From the NCBI RefSeq assembly GCF_009914755.1, contig NC_060944.1: 64,000 nucleotides of DNA; one strand, given 5' to 3'. This document shows positions 26,885 to 41,899 of the stretch, in pieces; the first letter of the stretch is position 1; every line of letters starts with the position of its first letter. This stretch comes from the human T2T-CHM13v2.0 reference genome, Homo sapiens. The notes under the pieces are model-generated. The model made no database searches. It worked only from the letters and a program-made list of their open reading frames with translations, and had not been told where the DNA came from. The position numbers were made by a program, and so were the translations under genes.

Positions 26885-27171
26885 GGCCAGGCGCGGTGGC
26901 TCATGCCTGTAATCTCAGGACTTTGGGAGGCTGAGACAGGTGGATCACAAGGTCAGGAGATCGAGACTATCCTGGCTAACACGGTGAAACCCTGTCTCTA
27001 CTAAAAACACAAAAAATTAGCCAGGGGTGGTGGCGGGCACCTGTAGTCCCAGCTACTTGGGAGGCTGAGGCAGGAGAATGGTGTGAACCTGGGAAGCCGA
27101 GATCACACCACTGCACTCCAGCCTGGGCGACTGAGTGAGACTCCATCTGAAAAAAAAAAAAAAAAAAAAAA
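26885..27171 (+). mobile_element. AluY with a ~16-nt deletion in the right arm
   Basis: ggctaacacggtgaaacc and gagaatggtgtgaacc AluY diagnostics; gaacctggga|agccgagatc deletion; poly(A); imperfect TSD aaagctat/aaaactat. Confidence 0.9.
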
Positions 27172-28106
27172 CTATCTGTGAAAATACTTTGTGATGTGCG
27201 GATTTATCTCAAAAAGTTAAACATTGTTTTGATTCAGCAGGTCACAACACTCTTTTTGTGGAATCTACACAGGAATCTTTCAAAGCCTATTGAAGCCTAT
27301 AGTGAAAAATCAATATCCCGAGATAGAAACTAGAAACAAGCTATCGGGGAAAATGCTTTGCAATGTGAAGATTTATCTCACAGAGATAAACCTTTATTTA
27401 CATACAGCAGGTTGGGGGACACTCTTTTTGTAGAATTAAGAAGTTACAATTAAGACTGCATTGAAGCCTATAGTGAAAAACCCAATATCCAGTGATGAAC
27501 CCTAGAAAAAAGCTATTTGTGAAAATTCTTTGTGATGTGTGATTTCATATCAAAGAGTTAAACCTTTATTTTTGTTCAGAAAAATGAAAAAACTTTTTTT
27601 GTAGAATCTGCAAAGAGACGTTTCTGAGCCCATTGAGGCCAATAGTAAAAAATCAAATGTCTCATCATAAAAGCTAGAAACAAGCTATTTTTGTGCTTTC
27701 CAATGTGTAGATTCATTTCACAGAGTTAAACCTTTGCTTTTATACAGGGAGTTGGGAACACACTTTTATAGAACCTATGAATGGACATTTCAGAGTTCAT
27801 TGAGGCCTATACTGAAAAACCGAATATCCTGCGATAAAAACTAGGAAAAAACTGTCTGTGAGAATGCTTTGCGAGGTTTGGCGTCATCTCACAGATTTAA
27901 ACGGTTGTTTTGATTCAGCAGGTAGGAAACACTATTTTTGTAAAATCTACTATGAGACATTTCTGAGCCTGATGAGGCATATAGTGAAAAACCGAATATC
28001 ATGCTTTAAAAACTAGAAACAAGTGATCTGAAAATATGCTTTGTGATGTGTGGATTCCTCTCAAAGAGTTACACATTTGCTTTGATTCAGCACTTTTAAA
28101 ACACTC

Positions 28107-28615
28107 TTTTTTTATTATTATTATACTTTAAGTTTTAGGGTACATGTGCACAATGTGCAGTTTAGTTACATATGTATACATGTGACATGCTGGTGCGCTG
28201 CACACACTAACTCGTCATCTAGCATTAGGTATATCTCCCAATGCTATCTCTCCCCACTCCCCCCACCCCACAACACTCCCCAGAGTGTGATGTTCCCCTT
28301 CCTGTGTCCATGTGTTCTCATTGTTCAATTCCTACCTATGAATGAGAATATGCGGTGTTTGGTTTTTTGTTCTTGTGATAGTTTACCGAGAATGATGATT
28401 TCCAATTTCATCCATGTCCCTACAAAGGACATGAACTGGGTATATACCCAAAGGACTATAAATCATGCTGCTATAAAGACACATGCACACGTATATTTAT
28501 TGCGGCACTATTCACAATAGCAAAGACATGGAACCAACCCAAATATCCAACAGTGATAGACTGGATTAAGAAAATGTGGCACATATACACCATGGAATAC
28601 TATGCAGCCATAAAA
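28107..28615 (-). mobile_element. 5'-truncated, 5'-inverted (twin-primed) L1PA2/PA3-like element
   Basis: L1 3' end on the minus strand at 28107-28436 (GAG-type gatgacgagttag); inverted segment on + at 28437-28615; TSD TAAAACACTCTT at 28097 and 28611. Confidence 0.9.
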
Positions 28616-30434
28616 CACTCTTGTTATATAATCTACAAAGGGACATTTCGGAGTGCTTGAGGCCTTTATTGAAAAACCAAATATCCCACAACAAAAATTA
28701 GAAATAAGCCATCTGTGAATATGCTTTGTGATGCCTGGATTTATCTCACAGAGTTAAACCTTCCTTTTTATTCCATAGGTTGGAAACACTCATTTTGTGC
28801 AATCTACAAAGGGACATTTCAGAGCTTGTTGAGGCTAATATTGGAAAATCTAATAGCCTGCGATAAATACTATAAAGAAGCTATTTCTTAAAATACTTTG
28901 TGTTGTGTGATTTCATCTCAAAAGTTGAACTTTTCTTTTGATTCATCAGTTTGGAAACTTTTTTTGTAGAATCTACAAGGGGAGTTTCATAACCCATTGA
29001 AGCATACAGTGAAAAATCAAATATCTCTTGATAAAAACTCAAAGCAACCTATCTGTAAAAATGCTTTGCAATGGGTAGATTCATCTTACAAAGTTAAACC
29101 TGTGTTTTCCTTCAGCAGGTTGGAAACTCTTTGGTTGTTCAATCTACAAGGCAACAATTCATAGTCCATTGAGGCATTTAGTGAAAAACAAATAACCCAT
29201 GGTAAAAATTAGAAACAAGCTGTGGGTGAAAATGCTTTGTGATGTGTGGGTTCATCTCACAAAGTTAAAACTTTGTTTTGATTCAACAGGTTGGAAACAC
29301 TCTTTTTGTAGAATCTACAAAGGGACATTTCAGAGCCCATTGATGCTTACAGTGAAAAATCAAATACCCCAGGATAAAAACTAGAAACAGGCTGTCTGTG
29401 AAAAAGCTTTGCATATCATCTCACAGAATTGAACATTTCTTTTGATTCAGCAGGTTGGAAATATTCTTTTTGTAGAATCTACAAGGGGAAGTTTTGGAGC
29501 AAATTGAGGCCTGTAGCATGAAATTGAATATTCCACAATAAAAACTAGAGAAAATCTATCTATAAAAATGGTTTGTGATGTGTGGGTTCATCTCACAAAG
29601 TTAAATCTTTGTTTTCATTCAGCATGTTGGAAACACCTTTTTATAGAACCTATGAGGGGACATTTCATAGCCCATGGAGGCCTGTAGTGAAAAACTGAAT
29701 ATTATACGATAGAAACTATAGAAGCTATATGTGAAAATGCTTTGCAATTTGCAGTTTCATCTCATACAGTTTAAAATTTCTTTTGATTCAGCTAAGTTGG
29801 AAACACTCTTTTTGTAGAATATATGAAGGGACATTTCGGAGCCCATTGAGGCCTACAGTGAAAAGCTGAATAATTCGTGATAAAAACTAGAAGCAAGCTA
29901 TCTGAGAAACAGCTTTGCAATGTGGGGATTTATTTCACATAGTTAAACTTTTGTTTCTACACAGTAGGTTCAAAACTCTCATTTAGTAGAAGCTAAGAGG
30001 GGACAATTTAGAGCCCTTTGAGGCTTATAGTGAAAAATTCAAAGTTTTGTGATTAAAAACTAGATACAAATTATCTGTAAAAATGTTTGGTGATGTGAAA
30101 ATTCATCTCACAGTGTTAAACATTTGTTTTGATTCAGTACATTGGCAAAAATTTTTGTAGACTGTACAAAGGGACATTTTGGAGCCCATTGAGACCAATA
30201 TTGAAACAATGAACATCCTGCTATAAAACTAGAAAAGTTCTTGGTGAAAATGCTTTCTGATGTGTGAATTCATCTTACAGATGTAAACCTTTGTTTTCAT
30301 TCAGCCGGTTGGAAACATGCTTTTTATAGAGTTCAGGAGGGGATATTTCAGAGCCCATTGAAGCCTCTAGTTGAATACTAAATATTCCTAGTGACATATG
30401 GTGTTGAGCATCTTTTCAGAGGTCTAAGAAATGT

Positions 30435-30594
30435 GCCAGGTATGGTGGCACACGCTTGTGGTCCCAGCTACTCAGTAAGCTGAGGTGGGATGGCTACTTG
30501 AGCCCTGGAGGCTGGGGCTGCATTGAGCCACGATTGCACCACTGCACTCCAGCCTGAGTGACAGAGCTAAAACCTGTCTCAAAAAGATAAATAA
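30435..30594 (+). mobile_element. Old Alu right monomer (FRAM/AluJ-like)
   Basis: gccaggtatggtggcacacg...cctgtctcaaaaa. Confidence 0.8.
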
Positions 30595-30881
30595 GACCTG
30601 GTGCGATGGCTCATACCAGTAATCCAAGCACTTTGAGAGGGCAAGGTGGGTGGATCATGAGGTCAGCAGATTAAGACCATCCTGGCTAACATGGTGAAAC
30701 CCCATCTCTACTAAAAATACAAAAAGTCAGCTGGGCATGGTAGCGGGTGCCTGTAATTCCAGCTACTCAGGAGACTGAGGCAGCAGAATCGCTTGAAGCT
30801 GGGAGTCAGAGGTTGCAGTAAGCCAAGATCATGCTGTTGCATTCCAGCTTGGGCAACAGAGTGAGACTCCATCTCGAAAAA
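30595..30881 (+). mobile_element. AluS (Sc-like)
   Basis: Full dimeric Alu with ggatcatgaggtcag short linker. Confidence 0.85.
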
Positions 30882-30904
30882 TATATTAGAAAATAATAAT
30901 TAAC

Positions 30905-31862
30905 AAATAAATAATTGACAATTTTTAGAACAGTTGTAGGTGTACAGAAAAATAGAGCAGAAGGCATATTGAGCTTAATATCTGCCTCACACCACAGTAC
31001 ACACACTTCTTCTATTATCATCTTGTTAGTGTGGTACATTTGTTATGCTTGATGAGCCAATATTGATATTATTAAGTTCATGGCTTACATTAAGATTCAC
31101 TCTTTGTGTTCTACCATTTATGGGCTTCAACAAATGCTTAAGCACATATATCCACCACTATAGGGTCACACAGAAAAGTTTCACTGCCCTAAAAATCTTC
31201 TGTGTTCCACCTATTCATCCTTCCCTCTGCTCAAGCCCCTGGCAACCACTGAACTTTTTATAATACCATCTGCCTAGTTTTGCCTTTTCTAGTATTCCAT
31301 ATAATTGGAACTCTACACTATGTGGCCTTTTTTCATTGGCTTCTTTCACTTAGAAATACGTGTTTAAGATTCCTCCATGTCTTGTCATGCCTTGGTAGTT
31401 CATTTCTTTTTATTCCTGAAGAATATTCCATTGTATGAATGCTTCACAGTTAGTTTATCCATTTCCCTATTGTAGGATATCTTGGTTACTTCCAATCTTT
31501 GTTGGTCATGTATAAGCTGCTATAAACATTCATGTGCAGAATTTGAGTGGGTATAAGTTTTCAAGTCATTTGAGTATATACCAAAGAATGCAATTGCCAG
31601 ATCATATGGTAAGCATATGTTTAGTTTTGCAGGAATTTGCAAAACTGCCTTCCACAGTGGCTTTACCATTTTACATTCCCAGCAGCAATCAATGAGAGTT
31701 CCTGTTGCTCCATATCCTCATCAGCATTTGTTGGTGTCAGCGTTTGGATTTGAGCCAGTCTAATAGATGTGTAGTGGTATCTCATCATTGATTTAATTTG
31801 AATTCCCTAGTGACATATGGTGTTGAGCAACTTTTCAGATGCTTATTTTTGCTATCTATATA
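30905..31862 (-). mobile_element. L1MC/L1MD-like 3' fragment
   Basis: tttttagaacagttgtaggtgtacagaaaaat...gtggtatctcatcattgatttaatttgaattccc, typical antisense L1M 3' end. Confidence 0.7.
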
Positions 31863-33168
31863 GCAAAGGGCAGATACAGACGGTGGACTGCAGAGAAAGA
31901 GCTTGCTATGATGATAGGAAGATGCAGACAGAGATGATCTCAGGGTTAACTGGGCATCAACTGTTCCTTCTCCTGTCACATAAAATGTGATCTACCTGAG
32001 TTTTGACTGGAAACACAGAATATCTGATTGTCCATAAATATTTATTACTGAGGCTTGAGGTTTATGTACGTTATGATCAAAAGGTGATATCACCCCAATA
32101 TATAAGCAGGTTGGGGTACAACAGGGAATGACTGTCGGAGATGTTGAGAGTCTACATTGAATGGATGGTGTCACTGGCTGCCCATATATTTCTCATTATG
32201 GACTTTAACTTTTCATTTGCCACATGAAAGGCCACTGAGATAAGCTAAATCACATTTTTCTCTTGGGGATCTCTGTTACTGAGAAATTTTTGCATTCTGG
32301 GCTACACTGGGTTCATAATCTGACTATATATATATCGTGTGTATGTTTGTTCCTTCCCTAAAATGCTCAGTTCAGCTGCAGGTCTAGAGACAAATACTAC
32401 TAGGTTTCCATTTTAGAGAGTTGAAGATCTGAGGTCTGGAGAAGTTAGTGTGTAGAAAGTTATATTTAACAAGTGGCAAGACCATGTGGCCAGGTCAGAT
32501 AAGCTGCCTTCAGATTTTACTCTTGAACTTCTACAGGATAATGTCTTTTTTTAATAGAAAAAAAAAGAGTGAACTTAGATTTTTTTTTTCAAAATCATGG
32601 ACTGTAAGAGTTCTTTCAAGATATGATGAAAAGCAATAATTGTCCCATTTTACATTACCTATAATTATTGCTCACCAGAAATTGATTATCGATGCAGCAA
32701 CCTTTTACATTCCTCTCTGCTTTACTATGCATGAGGGGGCTTCACTGTAAATAAGAGGTCCAAGATTCAGAAATATCTTTAACTTGCAATGCTTGGTCAC
32801 ATGTATCCATCTGAAAAATATTTTGCTCATTAGCCATATGGACTCATATGGCAAACTACAACCAGAGACACAAAACATGGAAAGAAGAAAGGGCTATCAG
32901 AAGTCCCATGTCTCCTTACATTTTGTATTTCTATTCATACGCATCTAGAATCATAAGGAATTTGAGCAAACGGGAAATGCAAAGTCCTAATCAAAGCATA
33001 CCCACATGTCAGTTATCTGCATTATTGCACATTTAAATTTATAATGCATACATAGGATACAATTCAATAGGTATAAAAATGTTAAGTAACCTTTTCTCTC
33101 ATGCACCCCAGTCACTCAGTAGCTCACTTTAGAGTTGACATTTTAATTTAGTTGTGCATACTTTCATA

Positions 33169-33171
<3 letters not shown>

Positions 33172-33263
<92 letters not shown>

Positions 33264-33541
33264 TTGAGGTGGAGTCTCAGCCTGTCACCCAGGCTGGAGT
33301 GCAATGGTGAGATCTCATCTCACTGCAACATCTGCCTCCTATGCTCAAGCAATTCAACTGCCTGAGTAGCTAAGATTACAGGTGTGTGCCACCACACCCG
33401 GCTAATTTTTTGTGTGTGTTTTTAGTGGAGACGGGGTTTCACCATGTTGGCCAGGCTGGTCTCAGACTCCTGACTTTGTGATCCGCCCGCCTCGGCCTCC
33501 CAAAGTTTTGGGATTACCATCGTGAACTATCACACCTGGCC
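33172..33541 (-). mobile_element. AluS whose tail carries a compound (CT)n(AT)n(T)n microsatellite
   Basis: Microsatellite 33172-33265; antisense Alu to 33541. Confidence 0.9.
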
Positions 33542-33544
33542 AAT

Positions 33545-33868
33545 TTTTTCTCTTTAAAATAAATTTTATTGTGTATATTTAAGGTACACATATGATGTTA
33601 TAGAATACATATACATAGTAAAAAGGTTACTATAGTGAAGCAAATTATCATATCTATCACAGATACCCACAGTTTTTGGTGTGGCAAGGGAAGGTAAAAT
33701 CTTATTTAGCAGGAATCCCATATACAGTACAATTTTATTACCTATAGTCCTCATGTTGTATATAGATGTATAGGATTGTTCATCCTACATATCTGCTACT
33801 GTGTATCTCTGACCCACATGTCCTTATTTCCTCCCTTCCTCTCTACCTGATAACCACTCTGTTGTTCT
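33545..33868 (-). mobile_element. L1MA-like 3' end
   Basis: tttattgtgtatatttaaggtacac...tacagtacaattttattacctatagtcctcatgttgta. Confidence 0.65.
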
Positions 33869-33869
33869 C

Positions 33870-33949
33870 TTTTTTTTTTTTTAGGCAGAGTCTTACTCTG
33901 TTACCTCCAAAAGTGCTGAGATTATAGGCGTGAGCCACCACACTTGGCT
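33870..33949 (-). mobile_element. Internally deleted Alu (only both termini remain)
   Basis: poly(T)-aggcagagtcttactctgttacc joined directly to tccaaaagtgctgagattataggcgtgagccacc. Confidence 0.7.
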
Positions 33950-34309
33950 GCTTTCACCATTTCAGACTGAACCTGGAGAAGAACCTGAGGAAAAATATGA
34001 CTTTAAAATTTTGATGAATGGAGAAATCTCTTTCCATTCACGTTCCTTTCCTCCATTTCATTCTTATTGTGAAATATGCAAACAAACATATGGATACATC
34101 AGTTATTAAATAAACGTCTGTGTGATACCTATCCAGGTGAAGAAATAGAGCACTATCACCACCAAGAAGTCCTCTGTATGCCCCTAACTCATCCTAAAGT
34201 CTTCCTTCCCTTATTAGTAACAGATATAACAGATACCCACATTACCTGTGGATATCTGCGTTTCTCTCCTTGGTTCTCTTTATAATTTTATTATGTATTT
34301 ATTCTTCCT

Positions 34310-34562
34310 TTTCTTTTTCTTTTTTTTTAGAGATGGAGCCTTGCTCTGTCACCCAGGCTGGAGAGTAGTGGCCTGATTTTGACTCATTGCAAACTCCAAC
34401 TCCCGGATTCAAGTGATTCTCATACCTCAACCTCGCAAATAGCTGGGATTACAGGCATGGGCTATGTGTCACCATGCCAGTCTAATTTTTGTATTTTTAG
34501 TAGAGACGGGGTTTCACATGTTGGTCAGGCTGGTCTCAAACTCCTGACCTCAGTGCCTGGCC
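34310..34562 (-). mobile_element. AluS with a deletion near its 5' end
   Basis: Antisense Alu; ctcctgacctcag|tgcctggcc. Confidence 0.85.
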
Positions 34563-34734
34563 TTATTGTGCATTTTTTAAAAGCCTAAAGTAAAGTCTGG
34601 TTTTGCCTGGTTTTTCTCTTACATAATTGGAGTAAAAGTCTGTATTCTGCTGCATCTGGCTTCTTTTACTCAATATTAAGTATTTAATATTCACACTTAG
34701 CATTATTTCTGCATTCTATTAAAACAGTACACAG

Positions 34735-35546
<812 letters not shown>

Positions 35547-35984
35547 TCATTTTTGTCAGTTACAAATGATGCTGTTGTGAACATTTGTGTATTTCTATTT
35601 GGTTACCATTAGTGTGTATAGTGTGTATAGTGAACAGTATAAAACAAGAGGTGAAACCATAGGTTACAGGGCAAACATATCTTCCATTTTACTAGCTATT
35701 ATTGGTTTCATCCCAATGTTAGCACACCAACTGACAGTCTTACAATATCTGATAATTCCCAAATCTTTGCATTCTTGTTGGTACTTAATTTTGTCAAAAT
35801 TTTAATTTGAGTATTTTGGTGGGTATGTGGCAATGATTGTGATATTAATTTACTGGGCCTTTTCTTCTCTGTAACTAGCCGTGTCAAGATAGATGTGTGA
35901 TGTGGGAGGGGCAGGAGCCCCTAGAGGTAGCATGGGCTCTGGAATCCTTAATCATTCTATGTGAAAAAGTTGGTGAGGCAGTGA

Positions 35985-36284
<300 letters not shown>

Positions 36285-36393
36285 TGTTTTCATTTTATTA
36301 ATTGGCTGATTCATTCAGACACATAATTATCAAGTGAAATCTCACTATTTCCTTAGCATTTATCTTCAGTTTAGCTTAGAAAATCTATTCCTA

Positions 36394-36606
<213 letters not shown>

Positions 36607-36729
36607 TTATTCAGTCTGTTTTGACTATACCTTAAAGAATTCAGTAAATATAACTTCAATCCTACACACTATTAGTCAATGTACCTAACACGATTTATTG
36701 AATAAACCAGTCCATTCCCAACATCATTC

Positions 36730-36904
36730 TACTGAAAATACAAAAAAACATTAGCCAGGTAGGTGGCGGGCACCTGTAGTCCCAGCTACTCAGGACGCTG
36801 AGGCAGGAGAATGGTGTGAACCCAGGAGGTGGAGCTTGCAGTGAGCCTAGATCACACCACTGCACTCCAGCCTGGGAGAGAAAGACTCCGTCTCAAAAAA
36901 AAAA
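36730..36904 (+). mobile_element. 5'-truncated AluY
   Basis: gagaatggtgtgaacccaggaggtggagcttgcagtgag. Confidence 0.8.
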
Positions 36905-36934
36905 GTAATTATATTTCCCAACATAAATGAATAG

Positions 36935-37210
36935 AGCCATTAAGGAAAATAACATGGAGATTCATCAGAAATTAAAAATAGAATTACTGTATGTTCCAGC
37001 AATCCCACCTGTGGGTGTATAGCTAAAGGAATTGAAATCAGCATACTGAAGAGATAACTGCACTACCATATTCACTGCAGCAGTATCCATAATAGCTAAG
37101 ATATGAAAGCAACCTAGGAGGCCAGCATTAGATGAATGGATAAAGAAAATGTGATATATATACACATACACACACAGACATGCACACACATAAAGGAATA
37201 CTATTTACTC
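36935..37210 (+). mobile_element. L1MA/MB fragment
   Basis: aaattaaaaatagaattactgtatgttccagcaatcccac...gatgaatggataaagaaaatgtg. Confidence 0.7.
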
Positions 37211-37213
37211 TTT

Positions 37214-37853
<640 letters not shown>

Positions 37854-38388
37854 TGAAGCACTGTAAAATACTGCTGAGAATACAGATCACTAATGTCATC
37901 ATCATAGAGCACAAAATAAGTTCTGGTATTATTAAGAAAATCATAGCTCTGACTAAAACATACATGGAAAACACATTCTATTAGTAATTAAATTATACTA
38001 ATACTATTGACAATCACTTTTATAGCTGTCACTGTAAACTTAAAGACAAGAAATAAATTCATCACCAGAAAACATAAAACAAGTACTTAGCCTTACTGCT
38101 GAGAAGCCTGTAGTTGCCTTTTACTGAATGACACTTCAGTTCTTGGGATAAAGTTTGAAACAGCAACTGGAAGGACAGCTTTAAGTTTAAAATGGTTTTA
38201 TTTTTAGGGTTGTCATGTTATAAAAGCTATTCTCACATAGCTAAGCTGTTGGAAAGAGACCAGGTTTTGTGAAGGTTTTTCTTCAGGTGTTTCATGTTAT
38301 CCTCACTGCAACCTCAAACAATGGCAAATGCTTCGTAAGCCACTGTAATGCTAACTCAGCTGATAAATTAATAAAATTCTGTTTCTTT

Positions 38389-38765
<377 letters not shown>

Positions 38766-38970
38766 CTAAGATATTGGTTTTACTCTTAGGTTCCGTTGAT
38801 TGACTTAGCCAATAATTTTTTTCTACCTATGTACACAAGAAAAATGAAATGAAGGGGTAGAACGCAAGAATCCCTGTGCATTTCTAAAAGCCAAATTTTA
38901 CAACCACTGCAATATTACCATTTACTAATATTTTCTTTCTGTCTCAGCCAAAGGTAAGTGGCCTCTAACT

Positions 38971-39312
<342 letters not shown>

Positions 39313-40015
39313 TCAGCTAATTACCAGATTTAACCTGAACCTGGACCTAGTTCAGTTTCTGTCCTGCCTTTCAAACTGCTTGGATCACAAATTTGTTCAG
39401 AGAAACTCAGAGAATTCCAAACACAAATCCATGGAGTTCTGAAATCTGAGAGAACTTACCCATGATCCCCAGCCACTTTGAGAGATCAAGGGACAAAAGT
39501 AGGTCCTTGCAGGTACCTTGCTTGTTCACTCAGCAGTCCTGGAGATTGTTAAGGCTCTACTTCAGATCCCACTTCTGACACCATCTGTTAAAAGAAAAAC
39601 TTCAGCTGAATTAAATTTAAAGAAGTTCAATTCAGCAATCAACAATTCATGAATAGAGCAGTCCCTGAAATCACAGCAGATTCAGAGAGATTTCAGCACA
39701 GCCACGTGGTGAAAGAGTTATATACATAAAAATGGAAATGAGGTACAGAAATTGGAGGTGAGGTACAGAAACAACTAAATTGGTTACAGCTTAGCATTTG
39801 CCTTAGTTGAACACAGTTTGAACACTCAGTAGTGTAAGAGTGGTTGAAGTATGGCTACTGGGATTGGCCAACACTCAGCTATTGTTACAGGTGCATACTC
39901 TTAAGTTAGGTTTTTCAATCTTGTCTACTTATTAAGTTAGGTTGCAATTTGTCCACAAAGATTCAAATATATAAGTATGGAGTCCTTCTCAGGCCATATT
40001 TAGTGTGTTTTAACA

Positions 40016-40172
40016 CTCTAAAATGTATAAAATCAACCTGAACCCCAACCACCTTGGGAACATTTTCTCAGGGTCTCCTGAAGAGGGCTGTCTCACAGGC
40101 CATGGTCACTCATATTTCACTCAGAATAAATCTCTCCAAATATTTTACAGAGTTTGACTCTTTTACTCAACA
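40016..40172 (+). mobile_element. MER4-family LTR 3' portion
   Basis: ggccatggtcactcatattt...cagaataaatctc...agtttgactcttttactcaaca. Confidence 0.7.
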
Positions 40173-40174
40173 CT

Positions 40175-40500
40175 GTTCAGTAACAAAAGAGAACAAACTA
40201 TCAAGACACACAGCAACAGAAAAATTTCAAAAACTTTACACTGAGTGAAAGAAGCTAGACCCAAAGATTACATGTGCTATGGTTTCATTTATATGAAGTT
40301 CAAGAACTGGCAGAACTAATTTATGGTGACAGAAACCAAATCACCAGTTGCCTTATGTTGCAGCAATACTGACTGGAAAGGGGCATGAGAGAAGTTTATT
40401 TGTTTTGTGTTCAGATTAAGATGTGTGTCACATGGGTTTATACCTTTAATATGTGTATATTTCACTCTATACATTTAATTCCTCATAAAATAAAATAAAA
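40175..40500 (+). mobile_element. L1ME-like 3' fragment
   Basis: ctgagtgaaagaagctagac...tttatatgaagttcaagaactggcagaactaatttatggtgacagaa. Confidence 0.6.
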
Positions 40501-41899
40501 CTGAAGAGAAGTAAATAAGAGTACAATGTCTTTATCCTACTCTAAAGAGGTTTGCCTCCAAAAGGGAAGCCCGAGAGGTTTGCTTTGAGCTATAACAAAA
40601 ATAAGGTTTCTGAGGAAAGAAGAGACATCAGACAAAAAGTGGTTTCTCTAGGAATTAAAAAAGAAGCAGAAATAGATAAAGAAAAATTGTTCTTGTGAAT
40701 TTAGTGCATAGCAAAGTATTATTGTTTTTAGTGCTGAGTCTCTTTTCCCCTAAAACCTGGATATGCTGTATTCTTTAAGCAAATTTCAAGAAAGAAGTGA
40801 AAAATCTCATAGGAAGAAAGAAAGGAAAATCACTCTTTGAATATACACTAAAACCTGAATGTGCAAATGGTACCAATGAATGTACTAGGGAAAATGCACA
40901 ATACACTTAAGTTGTTTAATTTGAATAAAATATAATAAAAGAGCAATTTAAAAGCTGTAGATAGTGTATAGATAAACCAAAAGGGATAATTCTGTATGTA
41001 CCCTGCAACTGTTACCTTCTCTAGGCCTGAAGGGATGAAGGGAAGTATTAGTTATCGAAACTTGGAGACAAAAATGCCGTGTGGAGATAACCACCTTCAA
41101 GACAGTGATCCATGACATTGGTGAGAGATAAAAGCATATGGCTTAGAGAAGGAAGTTATAGAAAGAAGATTACTAGTGGAGACAAGACAAGGCAGTGGGG
41201 AAGGAAAATGTTGAAAACAAAGAGCAGAGAAGAGGACAATAGTATGTATGATGAGGCCAGTCAGGCACTGGGGACAGGGAAGTGGGTGTGATTTTGTTTT
41301 ATTTAACAACAAAATAGATAGAGAAATGAAAGGCAATGAAATGCACAGGAATAAGCTGGTTTCTACTGTGGGCAGCTAGGGTTCAGTCATGCTGGAGACT
41401 GTGAAAGATGTAGAACACACCTTTATAATTGGCCACCTGAAGAATGAAGGAGCCGTGTACATAGTAATTTCCTGATTTTATCTATGGAATAAAGGTTGTA
41501 TTAATAGCAAAACCCACAGTTAATTTTGCACCATCCTAATACCTTGAGCCCTTAACTTCCTGGCATTTCTTGTCTGCTAGGAATAATACTCAGAGAATGG
41601 CCTCAGGCTGAGAGATTTTGAGATAGAAAGCTCTTTAGAATATATGAGAACCATCAACTGAAGTTGCAGGTGATTTCCAGAGCAGCCTTTAGAGATAGGA
41701 GTGAAGAATGCATAGCTTCTGTTACAGGTAGTAATCAAGATACACAAACTCTTCTGTGGACTTCCAAGGTGTAGGAGTTGATAACTTCTGAAAGCAAAGA
41801 AAAATGGCATAAAAATAAAACAGAATGTGATAAGGAATGACTAGAGGATAGGCTGTAGGAAAGAAGGAGAAAGAAGAAAGGTCAGTTTAGGTTCAGTTA

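Larger units (their letters stand above)
19867..30386 (+). repeat. Diverged monomeric alpha satellite, ~57 monomers, interrupted by an Alu and an L1
   Basis: Same ~171-bp periodicity and orientation as 11715-15590. Confidence 0.95.

Noticed and set aside
11912-29384. Recurring short ORFs (KMLCDVWIHLTELNLCFDSAGWK...)
   Set aside because: 171 bp is a multiple of 3, so satellite monomers give repeated chance peptides
11715-30386. Regular repeats resembling a CRISPR array, or an active centromere
   Set aside because: 171-bp alpha monomers with no unique spacers; highly diverged, no CENP-B box seen and no homogeneous higher-order repeat
39566-39583. tRNA gene
   Set aside because: Only the 3' 18 nt including CCA next to an LTR; this is a primer-binding site, not a tRNA gene
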